A stretch of DNA of 32,000 bases from Rhodocyclales bacterium (GTDB lineage: Bacteria; Pseudomonadota; Gammaproteobacteria; Burkholderiales; Rhodocyclaceae). Numbering within the stretch: position 1 is the stretch's first letter; each line of letters opens with the position of its first letter. The notes under the pieces are model-generated. The model was not told the origin of the DNA. It saw only the letters and a program-made list of their open reading frames with translations, and did no database searches. Both the position numbers and the translations under genes were made by a program. The stretch spans positions 19,750 to 51,749 of the forward strand of contig JACPUD010000082.1 in NCBI GenBank assembly GCA_016192435.1, in the 5' to 3' direction. Shown here piece after piece: positions 7,977 to 17,248 of the stretch.

Positions 7977-8023
7977 GTTGGCGCTGGCGGTACGGCGATG
8001 TTCGCCGTACCGCCAGCGCCAAC
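7977..8023. terminator. Bidirectional intrinsic terminator between convergent hdrB and the YkgJ-like gene
   Basis: Perfect 22-bp inverted repeat GTTGGCGCTGGCGGTACGGCGA / TCGCCGTACCGCCAGCGCCAAC with a 3-nt loop (TGT). It is followed by TTTCATTTG on the + strand and by a weaker T-containing stretch on the - strand. Confidence 0.8.
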
Positions 8024-8038
8024 TTTCATTTGCTGACC

Positions 8039-8938
8039 TCAGTCGAAGCCCTCGTCGCCGCCGGTTTCCTGCTCCGCCTCCAGCGCCCGCTTCTTGGCCG
8101 CCTCGCGTTCCTCGATCAGGCGCTTTTCCTGCACCTTGGCCAGGCGCTCCTGTGCCGCCTCGGCATTCAGCGCGATGCTCTCTTCGCCGAACATCACCTG
8201 ACGCAGGAAGCGGAAAGCAAATTGCAGCAGGGCGACATCGTCCTTCAGCAGGACCGCCTTCTCTTCTTGCGGCAGATCGAACAGCTTTGCAAAGGATTCG
8301 GCACTGACGAATTCGCGGAAGCGGTCGATGTCGTAGCAGGCCATGAAGAACAGCTGCCGGCTGCGCAGGCTCGGTTTGCCGATGGACGGACCGGAGGACT
8401 TCTTCTTCAGCACCAACTGGCGCCAGCCGCGTGCAAGCTCGTCGTATTCTTCGAGCCCCTGTTCCTTGCGATAGTCGGCGATGGTGATCGGGCGATTGAC
8501 CTGGTGGCCCTTGCAGTGCTCTTCCTTGACGATGGCATAGGAGTCGCGATCGACGTATTCGTCCTGCTTGCGCATCGACAACAGGGCCACCGGATAGTAG
8601 CGGCAGGCGGTCGGCCGGTCCGTGTAGATGTCGCAGCCCTCGGGCTTCATGAAGCGGCAGGCGCTGCCGCCTTCGACCGGACGGAACTTGATGCCGGCGA
8701 TGCCATCCTTCTCCATCTCGTAGGGAACGGTGTACTCCTTGAGGAACTCGGTCGAACTGATGCCCAGCCGCTTCTTCATGCGCAGCACGTCGTAGGGCGT
8801 CAGCGAAATGTCGATGTTGGAACAGCAGGCGTTCCAGCAACCTATTCCCTTGTGGCAGGAGAACTCGATGACGTGTGTTTCAGCCACCATGGTCGGAACC
8901 ACCGGGCTATTCGGAAACGGGATGTCGGGCTGGGACAT
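8039..8938 (-). CDS. YkgJ/UPF0153-family cysteine-cluster (putative Zn/Fe-S) protein with an acidic coiled-coil-like tail
   Basis: FSCHKGIGCWNACCS... and GGSACRFMKPEGCDIYTDRPTACRYYP match the CxxCxxCC-type domain signature (C..F...C.IY..RP..CR.YP). The C-terminal tail is KVQEKRLIEEREAAKKRALEAEQETGGDEGFD. AAGAGG RBS. Confidence 0.75.
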   Translation of the reverse strand: MSQPDIPFPNSPVVPTMVAETHVIEFSCHKGIGCWNACCSNIDISLTPYDVLRMKKRLGISSTEFLKEYTVPYEMEKDGIAGIKFRPVEGGSACRFMKPEGCDIYTDRPTACRYYPVALLSMRKQDEYVDRDSYAIVKEEHCKGHQVNRPITIADYRKEQGLEEYDELARGWRQLVLKKKSSGPSIGKPSLRSRQLFFMACYDIDRFREFVSAESFAKLFDLPQEEKAVLLKDDVALLQFAFRFLRQVMFGEESIALNAEAAQERLAKVQEKRLIEEREAAKKRALEAEQETGGDEGFD

Positions 8939-8974
8939 GAGAAACCTCTTGAAGACTATGGTTGATGGCTGCCG

Positions 8975-9012
8975 AAATAAAACGGGCCGGAAGCCTCGCG
9001 GCGTCCGGCCCG
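8975..9012 (-). terminator. Intrinsic terminator after aprA
   Basis: On the - strand a GC-rich stem (CGGGCCGGA / TCCGGCCCG, with three further inner pairs GCC/GGC) is immediately followed by TTTTATTT. It lies 22 nt after the aprA stop and ends only about 37 nt before the YkgJ-like ATG. Confidence 0.75.
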
Positions 9013-9033
9013 AATATTACAGCCTGGCCGTGC

Positions 9034-11061
9034 TTAGTGCGGCGCAGCGGCCTTGAACAGCTTCGACTTGTCCACCAGGTCGATGTGCTTGCGCTTGAAG
9101 CAAGTCCACTTCTTGGTGTGCTTGTCGTAGATCGAATTCACGAAGCAGTGCCAGTTCTTCTCGTCGACGAAGTTCTTGTCGGTGCGATAGTAGAAACCGG
9201 GATAGCGGCTCTCTTCGCGGAACTGGATGTGCTTCATGTGGGCTTCGGCCGTCAGGATGCGATGGTAGTTTTCCCAGGCGCGCAACAACTCGTGCAGATC
9301 CTTGGCACGCAGCTTGAGCGAGTCTTCCTTCAGCATTTCCAGCTTCTCTTCAGCAACGGCCAGCATCTTGTCGTTGGTGTTGTAGTAGGTGGCAACGCCG
9401 GCGACATACTCGTCCATGATCTTCTGCAAACGCATCTGCAGCATCTTGGGGGTGATGTAGTTCGGATTGACGTCGATCGCGGTGGTGTAGTCCTTGTGCG
9501 TCAGGAAGGTCTTGACCGGCCTCCAGATCGTTTCAGCGATCTGCTCGTTGGTCTCGTCGAACTCAGGCGAGAAGTCGGCATTGTCGAGGCAGTACTTGAC
9601 CATCGACTTGGCGGCCAGACGGCCTTCGGTGTGCGAACCGGAGGAGAACTTGTGGCCCGACGCGCCCACGCCGTCGCCGGCGGTGAACAGACCCTTGACC
9701 GTGGTCATCGAGCGATAGCCCCAGTTCCAGCCCTTGGGCAGATGCGCCGGGACGCCGTCGTACTCTTCCGTGGTCGGCGCGCCGACGTCGGTCGGGCCGG
9801 AGACCCAGATGCCGCAGCAGCCGGAGTGCGAACCCAGCAGGTAGGGCTCGGTCGGCATCAGCTCGGAGTTCTTCTCGCGCGGGTCGACGTTCTCGCCGAC
9901 CCAGATGCCGCACTGGCCGATACACATGTCGAGGAAGTCTTCCCAGGCCTCGGCTTCGAGGTGCTTCACTTCCTTCGGCGTCAGGGTCTCGGCCAGCTTG
10001 GCCAGGGCGGTGACGGTGTCCATGTAGATCGGGCCGCGACCATCCTTCATTTCCTTCAGCATCAGGTGGTTGCGCAGGCACGAGGCCGGCACGGCAGCCT
10101 GCCCGTAGGGCGGGTAATCATCCAGCATGGCCTTGTTCTTGACCATGTAGTCTTCGCCGTAGGCGTTGGTGGCCTTGGCCTTGAACAACAGGAACCAGGC
10201 GCCGACCGGGCCGTAACCGTCCTTGAAACGGGCGGGCACGAAGCGGTTTTCCATCATGGTCATCTCGGCGCCGGCTTCGGCAGCCATCGCATAGGTCGAA
10301 CCGGCATTCCACACCGGATACCAGGCGCGGCCCGAGCCCTCGCCCACGGAACGCGGACGGAACAGGTTGACGCAACCGCCGGCGGCCAGCATGACGGCCT
10401 TGGCCTTGTAGATGTAGATCTTGTTCTCGCGCACCGAGAAACCGGCGGCGCCGGCGATGCGGGTCGGATCGTTCTTGTCGTTGATCAGGTGCACGATGAA
10501 CACGCGCTCCTGGATGCGGTCGAGGCCAAGCGCCTTCTTGGCGGCTTCGGCGACAATCCACTTGTAGGATTCGCCGTTGATCATGATCTGCCACTTGCCC
10601 GAACGCACCGGCTGGCCGCCGTCCTTCAGCGCCGGCAGGCCTTCCTTCTGTGCCTCGGCACCATCGTGACGGACGCCTTCGGCGTCGGTCTTCCAGATCG
10701 GCAGGCCCCACTCCTCGAACAGGTGCACCGAGTCGTCAACGTTGCGGCCGACGTCGTAGGCCAGGTCGTCGCGGGTGATGCCCATCAGGTCGTTGGAGAC
10801 CATGCGCGCGTAATCGGCGGGATCCTGCTTGTCGCCGATGTAGGTGTTGATCGCGGACAGGCCCTGTGCCACGGCGCCCGAGCGGTCCATCGCAGCCTTG
10901 TCCACCAGCTTGATCTTGAGTTCCTTGCCGGTCTCGGCCTTGAGGGCTTCGGCCCAGCGCATGATTTCGTATGCCGTGCCGCAGCAGGCCATGCCGCCGC
11001 CGACAAGCAGAACGTCCAGTTCTTCGTAGACGACTTCCGGTGCTTCAAATGTTCCAGCCAT
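9034..11061 (-). CDS. aprA: Adenylylsulfate (APS) reductase alpha subunit
   Basis: 675 aa. FAD fold DVLLVGGGMACCGTAYE. Long blocks I recognise as AprA (SGAVAQGLSAINTY, GITRDDL, WQIMINGESYK, MENRFVPARFKDGYGPVGAWFLLFKA, EPYLLGSHSGCCGIWVSGP, GLFTAGDGVGASGHKFSSGS). GAGGAA RBS. Confidence 0.95.
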   Translation of the reverse strand: MAGTFEAPEVVYEELDVLLVGGGMACCGTAYEIMRWAEALKAETGKELKIKLVDKAAMDRSGAVAQGLSAINTYIGDKQDPADYARMVSNDLMGITRDDLAYDVGRNVDDSVHLFEEWGLPIWKTDAEGVRHDGAEAQKEGLPALKDGGQPVRSGKWQIMINGESYKWIVAEAAKKALGLDRIQERVFIVHLINDKNDPTRIAGAAGFSVRENKIYIYKAKAVMLAAGGCVNLFRPRSVGEGSGRAWYPVWNAGSTYAMAAEAGAEMTMMENRFVPARFKDGYGPVGAWFLLFKAKATNAYGEDYMVKNKAMLDDYPPYGQAAVPASCLRNHLMLKEMKDGRGPIYMDTVTALAKLAETLTPKEVKHLEAEAWEDFLDMCIGQCGIWVGENVDPREKNSELMPTEPYLLGSHSGCCGIWVSGPTDVGAPTTEEYDGVPAHLPKGWNWGYRSMTTVKGLFTAGDGVGASGHKFSSGSHTEGRLAAKSMVKYCLDNADFSPEFDETNEQIAETIWRPVKTFLTHKDYTTAIDVNPNYITPKMLQMRLQKIMDEYVAGVATYYNTNDKMLAVAEEKLEMLKEDSLKLRAKDLHELLRAWENYHRILTAEAHMKHIQFREESRYPGFYYRTDKNFVDEKNWHCFVNSIYDKHTKKWTCFKRKHIDLVDKSKLFKAAAPH

Positions 11062-11083
11062 TTTTGGTTCCTCGATTGGTCAA

Positions 11084-11557
11084 TTACTTGCGGATCAGTT
11101 CAGCAGGGTTGCCGGCGCGGAAGCCACCCATGACGGCGCGGGTAAACACGCCATCGACGGTGAGTTCGGACATCTTCGGCATCGGCTTGTTGCCGTAAGG
11201 ATCGATCGAGCCTTCGGCCGTGGTACGGATCGGGAACTTGAAACGCTTCAGCGTGCCATTGCGGAACTTGATGGTCCACATGATGGAATCCGAGCCACGC
11301 AGCGGCTGCACGGAACCGCCCAGCGGCACGATGTCGGCGTAGTGACGGCATTCGATCGCGCCCTGCGGGCAGATCTTGACGCAGGAGTAGCACTCCCAGC
11401 ACTGCTCCGGCTCCTGGTTGAATGCCTTCATGGCATGGCCGGTTTCGGAACCGTCCTTGTCCAGCTTCATCAGGTTGTGCGGGCAGATGTACATGCAGGC
11501 AGTCTTGTCCTGCCCCTTGCAGCCGTCGCACTTCTCGGTACGAACAAAGGTTGGCAT
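11084..11557 (-). CDS. aprB: Adenylylsulfate (APS) reductase beta subunit
   Basis: MPTFVRTEKCDGCKGQDKTACMYICPHNLM...CWECYSCVKICPQGAI (two 4Fe-4S motifs) plus the AprB-specific C-terminal tail. AGGAG RBS. Directly upstream of aprA. Confidence 0.93.
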   Translation of the reverse strand: MPTFVRTEKCDGCKGQDKTACMYICPHNLMKLDKDGSETGHAMKAFNQEPEQCWECYSCVKICPQGAIECRHYADIVPLGGSVQPLRGSDSIMWTIKFRNGTLKRFKFPIRTTAEGSIDPYGNKPMPKMSELTVDGVFTRAVMGGFRAGNPAELIRK

Positions 11558-11627
11558 TTGGTCTTACTCCTAGGTTACGGTGTTGATGATCAAAAAATGC
11601 ACGTGGAAAAGCTGGGGTTCTGATTCT

Positions 11628-12842
11628 TCAGCGAGCCGAGTGTCCGGACAACTTGACCTCGACCTTCTCATGCTCGGCCAGGCTGGCGTAGTAGGCGCGC
11701 AGCACCTCCAGCACCTCGGGCCGCGAAAATTCGGCGGGCACTTCGCCGCCTTCGGACAACATCTTGCGCAACTTGGTACCGGACAACAGCAGCCGATCTG
11801 CTTCGCCATGCGGGCAAGTGCGCGCCGAGGCCATGCCGCCGCACTTGTAGCACCAGAACGTCCAGTCGATTTTCAGCGGCTGGGTTTCCAGGGCACCCTT
11901 GGGAATCTCGTCGAATATGTGATGGGCATCGAAAGGCCCGTAATAGCTGCCGACGCCGGCATGGTCGCGACCGACGATCAGGTGCGAGCAGCCGTAGTTC
12001 TGGCGGAACAGCGCATGCAGCAAGGCCTCGCGCGGGCCGGCATAGCGCATGTCGAGCGGATAGCCGGCCTGCAGCACGGTGTTCTTGACGAAATACTGCT
12101 CGGCCAGGGTGGCGATGGCTTCCGAACGGACATCGGCGGGAATGTCGCCCGGCTTCAGGTTGCCGAGCAGGGAATGGATCAGCACGCCGTCGCAGGTCTC
12201 GATGGCGATCTTGGCCAGGTATTCGTGCGAGCGGTGCATAGGGTTGCGCGTCTGGAAAGCCGCGACCTTGCTCCAGCCCATGGCCTCGAACTGCGCCCGG
12301 GTTTGCTTCGGCGAGAGGAACAGGTCACCGTACTTTTCCGGGAAATCACCCTGCGAGAGAACCTTGATCGGGCCGGCCAAGTTGACCTCGCCCTGCTCCA
12401 TGACCATCTTGACGCCGGGATGCTCGATGTCGGTGGTCTTGTACACGGTGGCGCATTCGTGCGCCTTGTTGATCGAGTACTTCTCGGTCACTTTCATGGT
12501 GGCGAGAATCGAATCGTCGTCCGGATCGATCAAGGCAATATCGCCCCCGGTGTGGAAGCTTGCAGCGGTTGCCGTGTCGGTCGACAGCGTGATCGGAATC
12601 GGCCAGAATAGCCCGTTGGCCATTTTCATGCCGTCGCAGACGCCCTGCCAATCGGTATGGGTCATGAAGCCTTCGAGCGGCGTGAAGCCGCCGATGCCCA
12701 ACATGATGATATCGCCCTTTTCGCGCGAGCTGACCTTGACCTTCGGCAGCGACGAAGCGCGTGCCAGTTCGGCGATCAGCGCCTCGCCTTCCAGCAACAA
12801 AGGTCGCAGACTGCCGCCGCCGTGCGGATTGACCAACGCCAT
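11628..12842 (-). CDS. sat: Sulfate adenylyltransferase (ATP sulfurylase), dissimilatory-type ~404 aa
   Basis: [12 protein letters not shown] and [11 protein letters not shown] signature motifs. I place the start at ATG 12842-12840 (MALVNPHGG...), because GAGGAGG lies 6 nt upstream. The ORF-track start at 12893 adds 17 unsupported residues. Confidence 0.92.
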   Translation of the reverse strand: MALVNPHGGGSLRPLLLEGEALIAELARASSLPKVKVSSREKGDIIMLGIGGFTPLEGFMTHTDWQGVCDGMKMANGLFWPIPITLSTDTATAASFHTGGDIALIDPDDDSILATMKVTEKYSINKAHECATVYKTTDIEHPGVKMVMEQGEVNLAGPIKVLSQGDFPEKYGDLFLSPKQTRAQFEAMGWSKVAAFQTRNPMHRSHEYLAKIAIETCDGVLIHSLLGNLKPGDIPADVRSEAIATLAEQYFVKNTVLQAGYPLDMRYAGPREALLHALFRQNYGCSHLIVGRDHAGVGSYYGPFDAHHIFDEIPKGALETQPLKIDWTFWCYKCGGMASARTCPHGEADRLLLSGTKLRKMLSEGGEVPAEFSRPEVLEVLRAYYASLAEHEKVEVKLSGHSAR

Positions 12843-12916
12843 GCCAAGCCTCCTCGAATAATGGTTATCGTTTGATAGCCGGCAGGTTAACAATTTCCCC
12901 TCCGCGCGCCAATGCG

Positions 12917-12938
12917 ATTATTTCTATTTGTCGATAAG
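12917..12938 (+). promoter_or_regulatory. AT-rich conserved box copy 2 (ATTATTTCTATTTGTCGATAAG) in the sat / rfbF divergent intergenic region
   Basis: 20/22 identical to 1481..1502, in the same orientation. It lies 89 nt upstream of the rfbF ATG (13028) and 74 nt upstream of the sat ATG (12842). Confidence 0.55.
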
Positions 12939-13027
12939 GGGATTGTTTATGGGCTCGGCAGGCGCTGCAATCGGCTGCTCTGGTAACATTTGCCGGGTTC
13001 AACACAGGCCACCCAATTTCACCAAAA

Positions 13028-13798
13028 ATGAAAGCAGTAATACTCGCCGGAGGACTGGGTACGCGTCTGGCTGAAGAGACCGTGCTCCGACCTAAGCCGA
13101 TGGTCGAGATCGGCGGCAAGCCGATTCTCTGGCACATCATGAAGGGCTATGCGCATTTCGGCATTACCGACTTCGTGATTTGCCTCGGCTACAAGGGTTA
13201 TATGGTCAAGGAGTACTTCGCCAACCTGGCATTGCACAACTCGGACGTGACCATCGACCTGGCGCGTAACCGCGTCGACCTGCATCAGAATCAGTCCGAG
13301 CCCTGGAACATCACTCTGGTCGATACCGGCGAGCGGACACAGACCGGCGGCCGCCTGCGCCAGATACGCCGCTTTGTCGATAACCAGGATTTCTGCATGA
13401 CCTACGGCGATGGCGTGGCTGACGTCGACATCGGTGCCTTGCTGGCCTTTCACCGCGATGAAGCCTGCCTGGCCACGGTCACCGCCGTGCGTCCGCCGGC
13501 ACGTTTCGGTCGTCTCGACCTGGAGGGCCGGCGTGCCCGCGGCTTTCAGGAAAAGCCGCGCGGTGACGGCGACTGGATCAACGGCGGCTTTTTCGTCCTG
13601 TCGCCGGTGGCGCTCGACCCTATCGGCGGCGAAGACACGCTGTGGGAAAAGGAGCCGATGCAACAGCTCGCCGCCACTGGACAGTTGGCCGCCTTCCGCC
13701 ATGACGGCTTCTGGCAACCCATGGATACCCTGCGCGACAAGAATTATCTGGAGGAGCTCTGGGCCAGCGGCAACGCCCCCTGGAAACTTTGGCCATGA
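13028..13798 (+). CDS. rfbF: Glucose-1-phosphate cytidylyltransferase
   Basis: MKAVILAGGLGTRLAEET..PKPMVEIGGKPILWHIMK.Y...G..DF.ICLGYKGY.VKEYF is the classic RfbF/DdhA N-terminus. 256 aa. Confidence 0.9.
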   Translation: MKAVILAGGLGTRLAEETVLRPKPMVEIGGKPILWHIMKGYAHFGITDFVICLGYKGYMVKEYFANLALHNSDVTIDLARNRVDLHQNQSEPWNITLVDTGERTQTGGRLRQIRRFVDNQDFCMTYGDGVADVDIGALLAFHRDEACLATVTAVRPPARFGRLDLEGRRARGFQEKPRGDGDWINGGFFVLSPVALDPIGGEDTLWEKEPMQQLAATGQLAAFRHDGFWQPMDTLRDKNYLEELWASGNAPWKLWP

Positions 13799-14868
13799 AC
13801 CCGGGCTTCTGGAACGGCCGACGGGTCTTCCTGACCGGCCACACCGGCTTTAAGGGCGCCTGGCTGGCGCTGTGGCTGCAGAAAGTTGGCGCTGACGTGA
13901 CGGCGTTTTCGCTGGCCCCACCGACCCGGCCCAACCTGTTCGAGGCGGCGCGGGTGGCGCAGGGCATCAGGTCAATCATCGGCGACATCCGCGACTACGA
14001 AGCGCTCACCACGGCGTTGCGCGATAGCCAGGCCAGCATCGTTTTCCACCTCGCGGCTCAGGCCATAGTGGCCGAAGGCTATCGAGCCGCCCGCGACACT
14101 TTCGCCACCAATCTGACCGGCACGGTCAATCTGCTCGAAGCAATTCGCGGCTGCCCAACCGTCGAGGCCGCGGTGATCGTGACCAGCGACAAGTGCTACA
14201 TGCCCTCACCGGAAGGCAAGCCTCTGCATGAAACCGATCCGCTGGGAGGCAAGGACCCCTACAGCGCCAGCAAGAGCTGTGCGGAAATTGCCACGGCAGC
14301 CTGGCGAGATTCCTTTTTCCACGCAAGCAACTCGCCGCGTATCGCCAGCGCCCGGGCTGGGAATGTGATTGGTGGCGGCGACTGGGCAACGCACCGCCTG
14401 CTGCCCGATCTGGTGCGCGCCTTTGCCGCCGACGAGGCCGTGGTTCTGCGCATGCCCGGAGCGATTCGGCCCTGGCAGCATGTACTCGAAGCCCTCGCGG
14501 GCTATCTGCTGCTGGCACAGCATTTGTGCGCTGAGGACGGGATGCGCTTTGCCCGCAGCTGGAACTTCGGCCCGGTGGAAGCGGATCATCTTGCCGTAGG
14601 CGAGGTGGCCAAGCGCTGTGCCGAAATTTGGGGTGGCGGCGCACGCATCGAAGTCGCCGATGCCAACTTCCAGAAGGAAACCTGGACCTTGCGCCTGGAC
14701 GCCACTCAGGCAAGTGAGGCACTGGGCTGGCACCCGCGCTGGAGCGTTGAGCAGGCTTTGCGGAATACAATTGATTGGTACCAAGCTTGGTATTCCACTC
14801 CGAATGACAGTTCTCGAATTCGTGCCCTGACGCTAACGCAAATCGATGAATACGTGGTCACACCATGA
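13795..14868 (+). CDS. rfbG: CDP-glucose 4,6-dehydratase
   Basis: [24 protein letters not shown] (Rossmann fold), SDKCY, YSASK (YxxxK). The start is either ATG 13795 (ATGA overlap with the rfbF stop) or ATG 13789. Confidence 0.88.
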   Translation: MNPGFWNGRRVFLTGHTGFKGAWLALWLQKVGADVTAFSLAPPTRPNLFEAARVAQGIRSIIGDIRDYEALTTALRDSQASIVFHLAAQAIVAEGYRAARDTFATNLTGTVNLLEAIRGCPTVEAAVIVTSDKCYMPSPEGKPLHETDPLGGKDPYSASKSCAEIATAAWRDSFFHASNSPRIASARAGNVIGGGDWATHRLLPDLVRAFAADEAVVLRMPGAIRPWQHVLEALAGYLLLAQHLCAEDGMRFARSWNFGPVEADHLAVGEVAKRCAEIWGGGARIEVADANFQKETWTLRLDATQASEALGWHPRWSVEQALRNTIDWYQAWYSTPNDSSRIRALTLTQIDEYVVTP

Positions 14869-16181
14869 CGCTTGAAGAACAAAGGCAACTGATTCTCATA
14901 CAGGTGCACGACTATGCCGCGCAAAAGGAGCGGCATGCTGCGTTCGTGCCGGGACAAAGTGCCGTGCCCCCTGCCGGACGCGTGCTCGATGCGGAGGCCT
15001 ACGTCGCCATGGTCGATGCCGCGCTCGACGGCTGGCTGACCACCGGGCGCTTCAACGAAGAGTTCGAAAAGCAGATCGCCGCGCGCATCGGCGTCGCCCA
15101 TGCGCTGACGGTCAACTCGGGTTCCTCGGCCAATCTTCTGGCGCTTTCGGCGCTGACTTCGCCGCTGCTCGGCGAGCGCGCACTCAAGGCCGGCGATGAA
15201 GTGATTACCGCGGCCGCCGGCTTTCCGACCACGATCAACCCGATCCTGCAAAACGGCCTGGTGCCGGTCTTCGTCGACTCGTCCCTGCCCACTTACAACC
15301 CGAGTGTCGAAGCCATCGCCGCCGCCATCGGTCCGCGCACCCGCGCCATCATGCTGGCGCACGCCCTCGGCAATCCCTTCGAGGCCGCCGCGCTGCGTGA
15401 GTTGGCGGACCGCCACGGCCTGTGGCTGATCGAAGACTGCTGCGACGCCTTCGGCTCGACGCTGCACGGCCGCAGCGTCGGCAGTTTCGGCCATGTCGGC
15501 ACGCTGAGTTTCTACCCGGCGCACCACATCACCACCGGCGAAGGCGGCGCGGTATTCACCGGCGATCCGATCATCACCCGCGCCGTCGAATCCTTCCGCG
15601 ACTGGGGCCGCGACTGCTACTGCGCCCCCGGCAAGGACAACACCTGTGGCAAGCGTTTCGAATGGCAACTGGGCAACCTGCCCTGCGGCTATGACCACAA
15701 GTACACCTACGCCCACGCCGGCTACAACCTCAAGATCACCGACATGCAGGCCGCGCTCGGCGTCGCCCAACTGGCCCGCCTCGACGAATTCATCGCCGCG
15801 CGCAAGCGCAACTTCGCCTACCTGACCGCGCGCCTGAAGGCCTGCGAGGAATTCCTGATCCTGCCCGAGGCTACGCCCGACAGCGATCCTTCCTGGTTCG
15901 GCTTCCTGCTGACCCTGCGCGAGAACGCGCCCTGCGACCGGGTGAACCTGCTTCGCTATCTCGACCAGCACAAGATCGGCACGCGCTTGCTGTTCGCCGG
16001 CAACGTCACGCGCCAGCCCTACATGCAGGGCCGCAGCTACCGCGTCGCCGGAACACTGGCCAACGCCGATATCATCACCGAGCGCAGTTTCTGGATTGGC
16101 GTCTATCCGGGACTCAGCCGCGAAATGCTCGATTTCGCTGCAGACAAAATCAGCGAATTCCTCGGCGTCGGATTCGCATAG
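14865..16181 (+). CDS. rfbH: CDP-6-deoxy-L-threo-D-glycero-4-hexulose-3-dehydrase (E1; RfbH/DdhC), PMP and [2Fe-2S] enzyme
   Basis: It has the DegT/DnrJ/EryC1 fold. [14 protein letters not shown] carries His in place of the usual Schiff-base Lys. CCDAF...(57 residues)...[11 protein letters not shown] reproduces the E1 C-X57-C-X1-C-X7-C cluster motif when I count it. ATGA overlap with rfbG. Confidence 0.9.
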   Translation: MTLEEQRQLILIQVHDYAAQKERHAAFVPGQSAVPPAGRVLDAEAYVAMVDAALDGWLTTGRFNEEFEKQIAARIGVAHALTVNSGSSANLLALSALTSPLLGERALKAGDEVITAAAGFPTTINPILQNGLVPVFVDSSLPTYNPSVEAIAAAIGPRTRAIMLAHALGNPFEAAALRELADRHGLWLIEDCCDAFGSTLHGRSVGSFGHVGTLSFYPAHHITTGEGGAVFTGDPIITRAVESFRDWGRDCYCAPGKDNTCGKRFEWQLGNLPCGYDHKYTYAHAGYNLKITDMQAALGVAQLARLDEFIAARKRNFAYLTARLKACEEFLILPEATPDSDPSWFGFLLTLRENAPCDRVNLLRYLDQHKIGTRLLFAGNVTRQPYMQGRSYRVAGTLANADIITERSFWIGVYPGLSREMLDFAADKISEFLGVGFA

Positions 16182-17212
16182 TGGCCAGCGTCCCCGTCGC
16201 CGACCTTGACCACATTCTGGCGCATACCGAAACGCTGTGGCGCAACTTGGCCAATGCGCGTCTGTTCATTACCGGCGGGACGGGATTCTTCGGCATCTGG
16301 CTGCTGGAAGCCATCGCCGCCGCCAACGACAGGCTCAATGTCGGCGTGGGTGCCACGGTACTGAGTCGGAACCCGGCGAGTTTCCTCGCGCGCATGCCGC
16401 ATCTGGCGAGCCGGTCCGAATTCGATTGGCTGACCGGACATCCGGCCAGCTTTCGTTTCCCGCAACAACAGCACGACTTTCTGCTGCACCTGGCCACCGC
16501 CACCAGCGCCCACGACGGACAGACCGATCCGGTCGAAATGCTGCAGACCAAGCTGACCGGGATTCGCCATGTCATCGACTATGCCCGGTACGCAGGCATT
16601 TCCCGCATGCTGGTGACCAGTTCCGGTGCAGTTTACGGGCCGCAACCGGCCGGTCTCAGCCATGTTCCGGAAACCTACGCTGGCGCACCCGACCCGACGC
16701 AAGCTGCCTCTGCCTATGGCCAAGGCAAGCGACTGGTGGAGCAGATCTGTGCCGCGACGCCCGAGATAGAGTGCGTGTTCGCCCGCTGCTTTTCCTTTGT
16801 CGGCCCACATCTGCCGCTGGATGCCCGTTTTGCCGCCGGTAACTTCCTGCACGATGCGCTGGCCGGCGGCCCCATAACAGTCGGCGGTGACGGCACGCCG
16901 TTGCGCAGTTATCTATACGCCGGCGACCTGATCCCTTGGCTGCTGCAGCTGCTGGTCAAAGGCCAGGCGCGGCGCGCCTACAACGTCGGCAGCGACCAGG
17001 CTGTAAGCATCGCGGAACTGGCCCATGCCGTCGCCAAGGCAGCAGGCGGTTGCGAGGTAGTTGTCAGGAAGGTGCCCGACGGAGGTCCTGTACAGCGCTA
17101 CGTACCTTCGATCGCCCGCGCCCGCGAGGAACTGGGACTGGACGTATGGACGCCGCTACCGGACGCACTGAACCGCACGCTTGACTGGGCGCGCCGGCAT
17201 GCTGCCGGTTAA
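16181..17212 (+). CDS. NAD-dependent epimerase/dehydratase-family SDR (extended SDR; CDP-sugar epimerase or 4-reductase candidate)
   Basis: LFITGGTGFFG (GxxGxxG) and YGQGK (YxxxK), 343 aa. The GTG start overlaps the rfbH TAG stop by 1 nt. Confidence 0.7.
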   Translation: MASVPVADLDHILAHTETLWRNLANARLFITGGTGFFGIWLLEAIAAANDRLNVGVGATVLSRNPASFLARMPHLASRSEFDWLTGHPASFRFPQQQHDFLLHLATATSAHDGQTDPVEMLQTKLTGIRHVIDYARYAGISRMLVTSSGAVYGPQPAGLSHVPETYAGAPDPTQAASAYGQGKRLVEQICAATPEIECVFARCFSFVGPHLPLDARFAAGNFLHDALAGGPITVGGDGTPLRSYLYAGDLIPWLLQLLVKGQARRAYNVGSDQAVSIAELAHAVAKAAGGCEVVVRKVPDGGPVQRYVPSIARAREELGLDVWTPLPDALNRTLDWARRHAAG

Positions 17213-17248
17213 AATGGCCGCACCCCGTCACAGAGGCCGACCAGCCAG

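Noticed and set aside
11558-11627. CACGTG palindrome followed by a T6 run (minus strand) between sat and aprB as an internal terminator or attenuator
   Set aside because: Only a 6-bp self-complementary core is present and I could not draw a stable stem. It may just be AT-rich spacer preceding the aprB RBS.
12843-12893. ORF-track N-terminal extension of sat ([17 protein letters not shown])
   Set aside because: A strong GAGGAGG lies 6 nt before the internal ATG at 12842, and the conserved Sat sequence begins there. The extension would place that RBS inside the coding region.
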